Source of the DNA: an uncultured archaeon
GTDB taxonomy: Archaea; Asgardarchaeota; Thorarchaeia; Thorarchaeales; Thorarchaeaceae
DNA length: 32,000 nt
NCBI GenBank assembly: GCA_964648855.1
Contig: CAZYLT010000002.1
Location: 30,001-62,000 of the forward strand
Direction: 5' to 3'
This document shows positions 17,862-27,250 of this stretch, piece by piece. The translations under genes and the position numbers were made by a program. The notes beneath the pieces were generated by a model. The model searched no databases and was not told where the DNA came from. It was given only the letters and a program-made list of their open reading frames with translations. The stretch's first letter is position 1. Every line of letters starts with the position of its first letter.

Positions 17862-19031
17862 ATGCCACAAACAAAAGTCATGGACATATACAAACAAGAC
17901 TATGCATCTGTGAAAGAAACTGATAATCTGTCTAAGGGGATCAATCTATTCGAGGAAAAACGAGTACCCACCCTTGTAGTAAGAAATGCAAACGGAAAGA
18001 TTGTCGGAATGTTGAGTAGGAGATGGATAAGGCGTTCAGCTCTTGATCCATCGACGACAAAGGTCAAGACGCTTACTCGTTCTCCACCATCAATTGGAAT
18101 TCATGATGATATCACCGAGGCAGCTCGATTAATGATTGAAAACCAAGTTATGAGATTACCAGCTTATGATGGCGAGAAACTAAAGGGCTTTGTCACAGAC
18201 GAGGACATATTCAATCATCTCACCCAAGAGGACTGGGGCAAAACCCCTATTGAACAAGTGATGACTCGAAACCCTGAAACTGTTAACCACGAAGACTCAT
18301 TAGCAAAAGTAATGACGCTATTTCGGGAGAATGGATTCTCCCACGCGCCTATTCTCAAGGAAGGCGTCCTTCAGGGAGTCGTCAGTATCCAAGACATAAT
18401 TGATGTAGCCTATGGCCCACGGAAAAGGCAAAGCCGTGGTGAACGGGCTGGAGAGAAGGTTGACCTATCCGGTATGGCAGTATCGAATGCTTGGTCAACT
18501 CCGGTTATAGAGGCCAAAAGGAATGAAAGACTATCCGATGCGTGGAATAGAATGAAACAGAACGAGGTTTCATGTCTAATCATAGCTGAAAATCGAGTTC
18601 CTATCGGCATCATAACAAAGAAAGATCTGCTAGAACCTATCGCACAGCGGTCAATGGAGTCCCGCCAGATGACATTGCAGTTCTCGGTCAAGCCAGACAT
18701 CAAAATATCAGAGGGTGCACGTCAGTCAATGCTCAAGGATTTTGACTCCTTCATTCGAAAGTACAAGAAACAACTAGGATTGGGTAAACTCTTTGTCTAC
18801 ATGAAGGGACACGGGTCCATGAAGAAGGGAGACCAACTAATTCACTGCAGGCTTCAATTTCATACAAGTGTTGCACAATTCTATAGCAAGGCAGAGGCGT
18901 GGAGTGCTCAAGAGGCATTCTCACTTGCCCTAGATAGACTTGAGCGCCGAGTAATTCAGAGCAAAGAAATGAAACTGGATCAAAAGCAACGGTGGAAGCA
19001 TTTTGACCGTTTCATGGAGTCAGAACTGTAA
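17862..19031 (+). CDS. 4xCBS domain protein with a C-terminal HPF/RaiA-like domain, candidate ribosome hibernation factor
   Basis: Four CBS motifs. C-terminal IHCRLQFHT...FYSKAEAWSAQEAFSLALDRLERRV resembles the HPF/RaiA (S30AE) last strands and helix. Confidence 0.78.
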   Translation: MPQTKVMDIYKQDYASVKETDNLSKGINLFEEKRVPTLVVRNANGKIVGMLSRRWIRRSALDPSTTKVKTLTRSPPSIGIHDDITEAARLMIENQVMRLPAYDGEKLKGFVTDEDIFNHLTQEDWGKTPIEQVMTRNPETVNHEDSLAKVMTLFRENGFSHAPILKEGVLQGVVSIQDIIDVAYGPRKRQSRGERAGEKVDLSGMAVSNAWSTPVIEAKRNERLSDAWNRMKQNEVSCLIIAENRVPIGIITKKDLLEPIAQRSMESRQMTLQFSVKPDIKISEGARQSMLKDFDSFIRKYKKQLGLGKLFVYMKGHGSMKKGDQLIHCRLQFHTSVAQFYSKAEAWSAQEAFSLALDRLERRVIQSKEMKLDQKQRWKHFDRFMESEL

Positions 19032-19059
19032 ATTCAGCAGTTTGCAGGGAACAGAGGAA

Positions 19060-19210
19060 TGGCGCTGAGGGAGGGATTTTCACGCCCATTGGAAGTCAAT
19101 GGGGCTTTCGAACCCTCGCGCGCTCACGGCGCACCAGCTGTCAGCCAGCCCAATCTATCGGCGTAGAGCTGATAGCAGGCTGGCTCCATACCAGGCTAGG
19201 AGACCTCAGC
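19060..19210 (-). tRNA. tRNA-Ser(GCT) with two BHB-type introns (37/38, 33 nt; 59/60, 30 nt) and encoded CCA
   Basis: Acceptor GCTGAGG/CCTCAGC-G-CCA, anticodon stem CCAGC/GCTGG, long variable arm GCGC/GCGC, T-stem GAGGG/CCCTC. Removing 19172-19140 and 19106-19077 gives an 88-nt tRNA with CT-GCT-AA and TTCGAAT loops. Confidence 0.92.
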
Positions 19211-19338
19211 TCGAATCAGAGCGGTCAATACTAGTCACTTAAACATTATCGTCTGAAACTGGGTATTCTTGGTTAGCCTTATAATTGGTCGGAGATTTGA
19301 TATTAGAAAGTCTTACAATATTATATCGGTGGTGAGTA

Positions 19339-19677
19339 ATGAGCGACTTCACGACTGAGAGTATGGTCAAACGATACTTAGGTTTTGCAGTGGCATATTG
19401 TATAACAACAGCAATGATTCTGCTTGGCCCAGTCTTCATACTAGAAACAAGACTAGTCACGTTGCTTTACTTTCAATTGAGTGGATATGACATCTTGGTA
19501 CTATATTTCCTAGTCCTTCCATTCCTCGTAGTATTTGCCCTTGATTTCTATTCATTTGGGATGACATTGGGAATCATGACGGAGAAGAAGTCCCGTGTTC
19601 TCTTGGTAATCCCCACCTGTTTCTTGATTCCTGCATTACCATGGGTCATTCAACATGCAGCTGCCCACGAAGCATGA
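19339..19677 (+). CDS. Small hypothetical membrane protein (3 TM helices)
   Basis: GGTGGTGA SD and a hydrophobic ORF. Confidence 0.65.
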   Translation: MSDFTTESMVKRYLGFAVAYCITTAMILLGPVFILETRLVTLLYFQLSGYDILVLYFLVLPFLVVFALDFYSFGMTLGIMTEKKSRVLLVIPTCFLIPALPWVIQHAAAHEA

Positions 19678-19697
19678 TATATTGGGTTAAAAGGAGG

Positions 19698-20012
19698 TGC
19701 GGCAGCCCCACCTCATCGTATGTCGGTAGGCGCTGGACTGAACAGTGCAGTTCTCAGAGCAGCTACCTCCGGGGCTCCACAACCCCCCGTTAGTGCTGTT
19801 CCCGCCAGGACCTGACACGGTTCCGAGGATTAAGCTACTCACAGCAATCCTACGATTGCTGCTGTAGCAGAAGCGGACTCCAGAGACCGCTCATCAACGT
19901 CCCGCAGCTGGGTCCAACGATTTTCCGGTTCATTCTCAGTGGTGGTTACTGGCTCCGGCTATTGCCATACCGGTTACAGGTCGCGGCAAACGACCCAGCC
20001 CTACCTGCCGCA
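19698..20012 (-). ncRNA. ffs: Archaeal SRP (7S) RNA
   Basis: About 315 nt, GC-rich, complementary ends TGCGGCAG/CTGCCGCA, Alu-domain TGTAA, helix 8 CCGTGTCAGGTCC-TGGC-GGGAACAGCACTAACGG. Confidence 0.9.
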
Positions 20013-20069
20013 ATTCAAGTTCAAGGCTGATAGCCCTAAAAACATTATCAATTGGATACAAATAGAGGC

Positions 20070-21851
20070 TCAAACAAACGCGCCAGCATCACGTCTTATC
20101 CTCACAATCTCTTCAAGTACTTCAAGCTCTGATGGTGTCAGGTCCTCTTTGAATTTTTTACGGATTGCAAGGATGTGCTTGTCCGGCATGAAGGTATAGA
20201 GCACCTCATCGCTTTTGACTTGGCGCCCAATTGTAGGGCCTCGTATTGAAACAGCAACCTCCATGCCTTCTGTAGCCTCGTCTATGTTAACACTGCGGTC
20301 TTGAATCTGGTTGATTATGCCGACTCTTTTACCCTCACTATTCATCAAAGCTACTTTAGGTCGTATGACGCCGTGAACTTTGACCCCTACAATTGCAGGT
20401 TTACTCTGCCTGAATACATAGTCTGGGATTAATTCAATCTTGCCTGGCCTGATAATGGAGCTCAATGATTCTGCCTTGGCTTGTTCCTTCTTCACAATAA
20501 GCCATGCATTGTAATCGTCATAAAGCCGGTAGATGACATCGCTAAGAAAGACCTCAACACCGAATTCTGCAGCCAATTCTTCAATGTCTGGTGCAAATTT
20601 TACATTAAACCCTAGAACTACTGCATTTAATGGGTCTGTGTCCCCTGCTGCACTTGCCTCGATGATGTCCCTCTTTACGATGGGTCCAACGTCGGCTAAT
20701 CGAACCGGTACATTCCGTTCTTGTAGGAATGTAGAAACCGCCTCCAAAGACCCAAGAGTATCCGTCTTCAGCACGACACCAGATTTGTCAGTTTCTATTC
20801 GAATCGAGCTTACCTCATCCCGAATTTTCTGTTTTATCGGCTCTAGATTCTCTTTGTCCCAGACAGCATAGACCGGTGCTCCTGCAACAGCCCCCTCCAA
20901 ATCCGGTGCCACAATCTTGACACCTGCTGCAGCATGAACCTCTGACACGTTGGTGAACCGTTCTTTTGGATCTCGAATCTCATCAAGTTCTCTGGGCTGC
21001 AAGAGAGCTCTAATCTTAGCCACCACAACGTCTTCGAGGCCTCCAACTACAATCGTGTCATTCTTACGAAGAACCCCATCATAGACGATAGTGTCCAATG
21101 TAAGCCCCAGTCCTGTTTCTTCACGCACTTCAAGAATGGCACCTTTTGCAGGACCCGAGGTGACATGCAACCGCTCTTTCAAGAACTGCTGAGTGAGACC
21201 AGACAATACCATCAGAAGTTCCGGAATCCCATCTCCTGTTATGGCGCTTGTTGGAACAATAGCTACGTTTTTCCTGAAGTCTCTCACACGGTCAAATCTT
21301 TCTGACATAATATCGTTTGCTGAGAGTGCTCCCACAATCTCGTATATTCTCTTATCAATCTCACTCTGAACAGTCTTTGACTGTGCTTTGATTGACTGTG
21401 TAAGAGTCATGTCCGGTTTTGATTTCCAACCCGGAATCTTATCCAGCTTGTTGGCAGCTATCAAAAAGGGAGTCTTCCCAGAACGGAGAATCTTGAGTGA
21501 CTCGTAGGTTTGGGTAAGTGGCCCCTCCGTGATGTCAACAACTAGGATAGCTATGTCTGCAATAGCTCCTCCTCTTCGTCGAAGATTCAAGTATGCCTCG
21601 TGACCTGGTGTATCGATAAAGAGTAGACCATCAATTGTAAGGTCTCTTGCCAAATTTTTCAATAGGCTACCGCAAATTGATTTGATAGTGTCTGTAGGGA
21701 AAAACGAGGCGCCAATATGCTGAGTAATTCCTGCCGCTTCCCGACTTTGTACTCCTGTACCACGCATTTTGTCAAGTAGTGATGTCTTCCCGTGGTCAAT
21801 GTGACCCAACACAGTAACTATAGGGGACCGTAATTTGGTATTCTCTGTCAA
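20070..21851 (-). CDS. infB: Translation initiation factor aIF5B (IF-2)
   Basis: RSPIVTVLGHIDHGKTSLLD, ITQHIGA, DTPGHE, NKLD, DTLGSLEA. TTG start at 21851 after GAGGTG. Confidence 0.98.
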   Translation of the reverse strand: MTENTKLRSPIVTVLGHIDHGKTSLLDKMRGTGVQSREAAGITQHIGASFFPTDTIKSICGSLLKNLARDLTIDGLLFIDTPGHEAYLNLRRRGGAIADIAILVVDITEGPLTQTYESLKILRSGKTPFLIAANKLDKIPGWKSKPDMTLTQSIKAQSKTVQSEIDKRIYEIVGALSANDIMSERFDRVRDFRKNVAIVPTSAITGDGIPELLMVLSGLTQQFLKERLHVTSGPAKGAILEVREETGLGLTLDTIVYDGVLRKNDTIVVGGLEDVVVAKIRALLQPRELDEIRDPKERFTNVSEVHAAAGVKIVAPDLEGAVAGAPVYAVWDKENLEPIKQKIRDEVSSIRIETDKSGVVLKTDTLGSLEAVSTFLQERNVPVRLADVGPIVKRDIIEASAAGDTDPLNAVVLGFNVKFAPDIEELAAEFGVEVFLSDVIYRLYDDYNAWLIVKKEQAKAESLSSIIRPGKIELIPDYVFRQSKPAIVGVKVHGVIRPKVALMNSEGKRVGIINQIQDRSVNIDEATEGMEVAVSIRGPTIGRQVKSDEVLYTFMPDKHILAIRKKFKEDLTPSELEVLEEIVRIRRDAGAFV

Positions 21852-22029
21852 TTCTTGGCACCTCACAGAAGACTATTTTCGCTGAAAATTCCTAATCTTA
21901 TGAAACTGTCGTTTATGTAATCCCCTCTAATTAGAAAAATACATTGTCATAACGCTAAAATAGAAACAGGCCGGCTGGCTGAATTGAAGCCAAGCACGCT
22001 TTGCTTGAAGCCCGTGCAAATAGAAATTA

Positions 22030-22698
22030 TTGGTGACAAAATTGGAACGATCGTTAGTAATCATAAAACCCGATGGAACAGTGCGTAGGAGAATAGGAGC
22101 TCTAGTTATCAAAGCTCTCATGAATCGTGATTTGAAGGTGATAGCTTTCAAAGAGATGAATGTCCCTGAATCTCTGGCGAAGTTACATTATGACGTCCAC
22201 AAAGACAAACCCTTCTTCCCTTGGCTTGTTGATTTCATATCCTCTGCCCCCGTTATTACTATGATTCTCGAGGGAGAAAATGCAATCGAATCTATTCGAG
22301 ATGCATTGGGAGCCACATTCGTGCAAAAGGCAGATCCCTCATCATTGAGGGGGAAATATGGTGTTTGGGCGGGAATCAATATTGCTCATGCTTCAGATGC
22401 GCCTGATACCGCTAAAAAAGAGATTTTGCTTTGGAAAAAGGAGGGCGGACTTGAAGAAAGGGAAGATGCTCAGCAAATGGCACTTGAATACGTCAAGAAA
22501 TATAGTACCAATGAGAATGATTACACAACGGAAATCCGAAACACTGTCAAAACGGCTATCGAAAAAGAAGACACCTCAAAGGATGTGTTGCAGCGCCTTA
22601 TTAATCTGTTAAGCAAAGATGCCGCAGATATCACAGAAGAGGAAATCAACAAACTAGCAAATGTCGTCTTTGATTACATCAAGGAGGAAGTTGAATAA
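22030..22698 (+). CDS. ndk: Nucleoside diphosphate kinase with a C-terminal helical extension
   Basis: ERSLVIIKPD, HY..H.DKPFF, SLRG, NIAHASD (catalytic His), plus about 85 extra residues. Confidence 0.92.
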   Translation: MVTKLERSLVIIKPDGTVRRRIGALVIKALMNRDLKVIAFKEMNVPESLAKLHYDVHKDKPFFPWLVDFISSAPVITMILEGENAIESIRDALGATFVQKADPSSLRGKYGVWAGINIAHASDAPDTAKKEILLWKKEGGLEEREDAQQMALEYVKKYSTNENDYTTEIRNTVKTAIEKEDTSKDVLQRLINLLSKDAADITEEEINKLANVVFDYIKEEVE

Positions 22699-22829
22699 TA
22701 AAAAAATTGGCAGGTTGGTCCCTTTAAGGCCACCCTTTGTATTGTTTCTAGTCGGGATAAGACCCCATGGAATTGGGTCTACTTCACTCGCTTTTCTAGC
22801 AGTCCGAATGGACCAATATTCAGATGAAC

Positions 22830-23018
22830 TTAGCTACCTTTCTCGAAATTTTCTGTCCATTTCGTATCCCGGGGCTTCATCCGACGTTTCAACATGGCGG
22901 TCTTACATTTGTTGGAACAGAACCAGTGCACTGTCCCATCCTTGGTACGGACGAAAGCGATACCCGTTCCTGGTTCGATGTCCTTCCCACAGAATGCACA
23001 CTGATTTGTACCTACCAT
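22830..23018 (-). CDS. rpl24e: 50S ribosomal protein eL24
   Basis: CAFCGKDIEPGTG...FCSNKC...PR..KWT. ATG at 23018. Confidence 0.96.
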   Translation of the reverse strand: MVGTNQCAFCGKDIEPGTGIAFVRTKDGTVHWFCSNKCKTAMLKRRMKPRDTKWTENFEKGS

Positions 23019-23259
23019 TGTGATAACCGAGTGGGCCACTTGCGGGTAGCTTAAAAACTTGACTCTAAAGACATCTGGAGTATGTTTAAGGATCTACAGA
23101 ATGTAAGAGTATGCGGATTCGTAGATAATCTTTCAATCAAACAGAATTGAACGCTTGACTCTACTCATTGAGGTAATCTTAGAGCAGAAATAAGAAACAA
23201 GACTGTATTCTCCTGTCTTTTAAATTAATCTAGTTACATCAAGATTTCAATAACTGAAT

Positions 23260-23718
23260 ATGATGACTACAGCTGCCAGAGTGAATGTACCACCAAGTGG
23301 TGATGCCAGATATCTGGTCCCTCTTGTGACGAGGGGCGACTATAGGGAACTTGAAGCCGTCTATGGGGACAAGGCATACCTCTCACAGCAGAGCGCCCAC
23401 TGCATTTATGACCTGGGAGCACACCCGGTATCGAACCAAAGAAGGGGCTCCAAGCTCGGTTTCAGGGAGATCGGGGATACAAGGAGTTGATTAGGGAGTA
23501 CCAATCAAACCATGAGAAATGGAAGCGGGTTCATGAGTATGGAAAGAGGGGTCTGGTGGAAACTGTTCTCGGCATGATGAAGGTGAGGACCACGGAGAGT
23601 CTGAAATCACGAGGATCAGAGAACAGTTCGATGAGCTGTTGTTCAAGGTGGGCCTTCACAACATTGAGCGACTCAACTTCCTTGAGTGTGATAGGAGGTG
23701 ACTTTTTTACACAGTGCC
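23260..23718 (+). mobile_element. Truncated, frameshifted IS5-family transposase remnant with its right end
   Basis: VYGDKAY motif, then WKRVHEYGKRGLVETVLGMMK (Y-R-E-K signature) in another frame. Ends in CTTTTTTACACAGTGCC, resembling a terminal inverted repeat. No left end seen. Confidence 0.8.
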
Positions 23719-23800
23719 TATTGTAGAAGAAGACATATATTCAACATGGACTTTTTCTATTTCGGGTTAAAATAATTCGTAATGGAGAGCAGTGTAGAAA

Positions 23801-24394
23801 ATGAAACTAAAGAAGAAAATGCCAATTTGCTTCTTGATGGTGTTATTCATGTTTCCCTCGTTTGCTTCAGCCTATAGTAATTCAGATTCACCCACTTATG
23901 CATATGGCGATGAAGGCACGTTGGGAACAGGAATAGCAAGTGCAGCAGCAGTCGAAAGCACAGGAGAATGTAAAGTCTATGCAGACTCGACTTGGCTTCA
24001 AACGGTCGCTGTTGCAGGAGTCTTTGGATCCGACGATGAAACAGGTACTCGCACATGGACAGTTTCCATAGATGCAGAACTTCAGGCATACATGACTAGA
24101 TTGTTTGGCTATGCAACTATTACAATTCAGGTTGTAATTCTTGACGAAGACTATGAAGAGATTGAATCCTTAACTGTTTGGGAACGGGATTGTGTTTCGG
24201 TCAATCCCCAAGAATTCGACGGAGCAGAAATAGACGAATCTGATACATTTGCAGCAACAAGTGATGCGAGGTATTTTGGTGTATGGTTCTATGCTTCTGT
24301 TTCATGGGGGGCCACAATTTGTCAAGATTCTGAACATACGGGATCAGGCTATCCTGCTGTACTCACAGTTAATTCAATAACATGGAGTTACTGA
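23801..24394 (+). CDS. Secreted acidic beta-rich hypothetical protein
   Basis: Signal peptide MKLKKK...FASA followed by an S/T/D-rich mature region. Confidence 0.8.
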   Translation: MKLKKKMPICFLMVLFMFPSFASAYSNSDSPTYAYGDEGTLGTGIASAAAVESTGECKVYADSTWLQTVAVAGVFGSDDETGTRTWTVSIDAELQAYMTRLFGYATITIQVVILDEDYEEIESLTVWERDCVSVNPQEFDGAEIDESDTFAATSDARYFGVWFYASVSWGATICQDSEHTGSGYPAVLTVNSITWSY

Positions 24395-24464
24395 GTCATA
24401 ATTTGAATCTGTGGTCTTTTTACAGATTCCATTTTTATATAATGGTAATCCGGCTCAACTATCT

Positions 24465-24959
24465 TTAATCATCCCAAGGTACAACTGCAGGTTCAATGCC
24501 CCAAAATTGGTCAATGATGAGCCCCAAAATCATGAAGAGTGGAATTGGGCCTGTAAGTCCACCTCCAGCTTGCATTGAAACACCAAAGAGGGAAAGGAAA
24601 AACAGAGGTAATAAGGGAATCAAAGTCAGAACTGCTGAAATTCTAGCTCTGTTTTGGGTTGTTTCAGCTCTGTGATGTCTAACAATCTGAATTGCGAAAA
24701 AATAATTAAAAAATGCAACTATGAGTGAGTTCAAGAAGGCGTATGGATCAGGAAAGCCAAAAAGGCTGGATGACTCACCTGAAGCATAACTCCAATCTCT
24801 CAATACCCAAACCGCTGCATATATTTGATAGTAATGCCAGCCTTCACCAATCTGGATAATGAAACCATATGGCAACATTAGTAGCATCATTAGTAAAAAT
24901 AGGATTATTGTAGTAGTATTATTCTCGGTTCGAAAGAAACTCCCTGAAGGCTTGATCAA
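24465..24959 (-). CDS. Hypothetical membrane protein (4 TM helices)
   Basis: Hydrophobic ORF convergent with the secreted protein gene. Confidence 0.72.
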   Translation of the reverse strand: MIKPSGSFFRTENNTTTIILFLLMMLLMLPYGFIIQIGEGWHYYQIYAAVWVLRDWSYASGESSSLFGFPDPYAFLNSLIVAFFNYFFAIQIVRHHRAETTQNRARISAVLTLIPLLPLFFLSLFGVSMQAGGGLTGPIPLFMILGLIIDQFWGIEPAVVPWDD

Positions 24960-25312
24960 AATCCACTCAAGTTTTCAGAAACTCTGCAAGACTTAAAACC
25001 CTTTACGCTGTTGTAGAGATTAGAAACTCTTCGGTTTTTCCAGCCCTAACTTATTTTCATCATATTGATGAAAAGCAGACTGAATAACCTTCCCACTAAT
25101 CTCATAGTAAAATCACAAGAATAAGTGAAAAACGAATCTAATACCATTACTTCTACTTCACCGATAGTTTACAAACTCATCATAGATTGGATACTCCACC
25201 ATAAAGAATGAAATCAAGTACACATGTGTCAAAATGGAGATAAAATAGGAGAAGAGCTTGTAGCTCTTCTATGGCTGTTCTCACAGGCCATCTGAGGAAG
25301 CTCCAACCACTT

Positions 25313-25534
25313 CTAGCGCCTCCTCATCTTACGGGCTTCTCGCTCTGTTTCACGAAGTATGAGTATGTCTCCTTGTCGGATGGGCCCTTTCACATTGCGA
25401 GTCAGGACTCGACCTTTGTCACGTCCTTCTAGGATTTTGACTCTAACCTGCGTGATTTCACCAGTAACTCCAGTTCTTCCCAGAAGCTGAATTACTTCAG
25501 CGGGGATTGCAGGTGTTGTGTCTGTATCACTCAT
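25313..25534 (-). CDS. rps28e: 30S ribosomal protein eS28
   Basis: [36 protein letters not shown]. Confidence 0.98.
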   Translation of the reverse strand: MSDTDTTPAIPAEVIQLLGRTGVTGEITQVRVKILEGRDKGRVLTRNVKGPIRQGDILILRETEREARKMRRR

Positions 25535-25553
25535 GGTTCTACTTCACCCGATA

Positions 25554-25925
25554 CTATTTCCTAAGTCCAGCAATTTTGTCGACGACATCATCAACTAGGT
25601 CTTTGGCTTTTCCTTCAACCACAATTGAAACTGCAGCAGTTGGCCTTTCTATGCCTACTGCACCACCCAAATCCTGCTTGCTGGGCACATAGATGTACGG
25701 TGCTTTCTTATCATCACATAATCCAGGCAGGAACATTGTGATCTCTGGAGGGTCTACATCCTCAGCTATCACAACGATTTTGGCGTTACCTCTTTCAATG
25801 CTTTTTGTTGTCTCGTTAATCCCTTTCTTGACTCTGCCTGTGTCTTTGGCAATTTCTAGGGCTTGGAGTGTTTTCTTTTGAAGCTCCTCAGGAGCTTCCC
25901 ATTCTACAAAACTTGGTTTTGGCAT
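25554..25925 (-). CDS. rpl7ae: Ribosomal protein L7Ae (eL8)
   Basis: KKGINETTKSIERG..VVIAEDVDPPEI..YVPSKQDLG.AVG. Confidence 0.98.
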   Translation of the reverse strand: MPKPSFVEWEAPEELQKKTLQALEIAKDTGRVKKGINETTKSIERGNAKIVVIAEDVDPPEITMFLPGLCDDKKAPYIYVPSKQDLGGAVGIERPTAAVSIVVEGKAKDLVDDVVDKIAGLRK

Positions 25926-25932
25926 CACTGTC

Positions 25933-25957
25933 TACCTCAGTTTCTACTTCATTGGTA
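25933..25957 (-). promoter_or_regulatory. K-turn in the rpl7ae 5' UTR overlapping the SD (autoregulatory site)
   Basis: mRNA UACC-AAU-GA-AG-UAGAAA-CU-GA-GGUA: C helix UACC/GGUA, 3-nt bulge, tandem G.A/A.G pairs. Contains GAGGU just upstream of the start. Confidence 0.8.
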
Positions 25958-26060
25958 CTCAGCATTCACCTGAATACGAACTTGTCGCAACCATTTGGGT
26001 TGCGTCTTTTTTCGCCTAGTCTAGAATTCTTTTAAAACTGTCGAACTGACAGAATAGATC

Positions 26061-27062
26061 CTAGTATCCTACACTTTCAATAGCTAAAAGTATGTCCTCT
26101 TCTTTTGCATGGACATGTTTGAGGACAGAGTATCTATTGCGCTTATTCATGATTCTAATTGCATGATTGATATCATCTAGAAATAACTTCATGGTCAAAT
26201 CCATTTGATCAAATGTAACGGGCATTCCTTCTTTATTCATGAATTGCAGAATTTCTGTAGAGGAATACTTTCCATAGTCAGCCTGCTCCAAAAAATGGAG
26301 ACTAAATGGAGTTGCGAATGCAACTTGTAAGCCGTGGAGATTATGATTACGTCTGTCCATGGCATGAGAGATTGCATGTTCGGTTCCAGAGCAAGGTCTC
26401 GAACTACCGAATTCACTCATTGCAATACCGGCATCAATAACGGACCTAACGAGCACCTCTAGCGAGCTGTTGGCTAATACTACCTCCAAAGCAGTTTCAA
26501 CGCTGGCATATACATCAGAATCATACTCTTCGTCAGCGTAATCTCTTGCAAGGCGCCACTCAGCAAGACTTGACGCCTTACTGATAATATCTCCCAATCC
26601 TGAGAGTCTAAGCTGGGAAGGAGCATCATCCATAACATCCAGGTCTGCAAGAATCAGCTTGGGTCGTTTACATTTCTCTGAATAGCGATATCCGTTATGC
26701 ATCACGGATGCCACTTCACTGGCTATTCCATCATGAGATGCTGCGGTGGGGATTGATATCCATTCGATGTCGGAATTCCTTGCTATAATCTTCGCTTGAT
26801 CAATACTTCTGCCCCCTCCAAACCCCAAAATAATGTCCGCGTTGACCACATTCTTGGTATTCTTGACGTTGTCATCATCAATGATTAGCCACTCAAGTTT
26901 TTCACCCACAACGGATGAAACTAATTCATTGTACTTTTCATAAAGTAATGTATCCGTTACACAAATTGGTTTACTATACCCTTCAAGTATTCCATCAAGT
27001 CTTTCTATTGCCTCCCTTGCGATGATTACTTCACTGGAACAATTGGAGGTCATGAGTTGCAA
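26061..27062 (-). CDS. egsA: sn-glycerol-1-phosphate dehydrogenase
   Basis: GFGGGRSID, IPTAASHDGIAS, SSRPCSGTEHAISHA, LHGLQV. Confidence 0.92.
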   Translation of the reverse strand: MQLMTSNCSSEVIIAREAIERLDGILEGYSKPICVTDTLLYEKYNELVSSVVGEKLEWLIIDDDNVKNTKNVVNADIILGFGGGRSIDQAKIIARNSDIEWISIPTAASHDGIASEVASVMHNGYRYSEKCKRPKLILADLDVMDDAPSQLRLSGLGDIISKASSLAEWRLARDYADEEYDSDVYASVETALEVVLANSSLEVLVRSVIDAGIAMSEFGSSRPCSGTEHAISHAMDRRNHNLHGLQVAFATPFSLHFLEQADYGKYSSTEILQFMNKEGMPVTFDQMDLTMKLFLDDINHAIRIMNKRNRYSVLKHVHAKEEDILLAIESVGY

Positions 27063-27250
27063 TCCTTCTAATGATTATCACTATACGCGACGAATTGTTA
27101 GCAGACGTGGTCATTATTAACATTGACCAAAAGAAATCTTCAGAAACAGATTGCTATGGCAGGGAACAAAGAGCGAGTGTTACCTCTGAAATACTCTAGC
27201 TGATATGTCTGGAATCTTCCATTTCCTATAGACGAGAGGAGTCAATACAT

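Noticed and set aside
19939-20199. 86-aa ORF
   Set aside because: Antisense to the SRP RNA and the infB 3' end.
23260-23718. IS5 remnant as the mobiliser of the rps12/tuf cassettes
   Set aside because: It is truncated, lies about 8 kb from the nearer array, and no IS ends were seen at cassette junctions.
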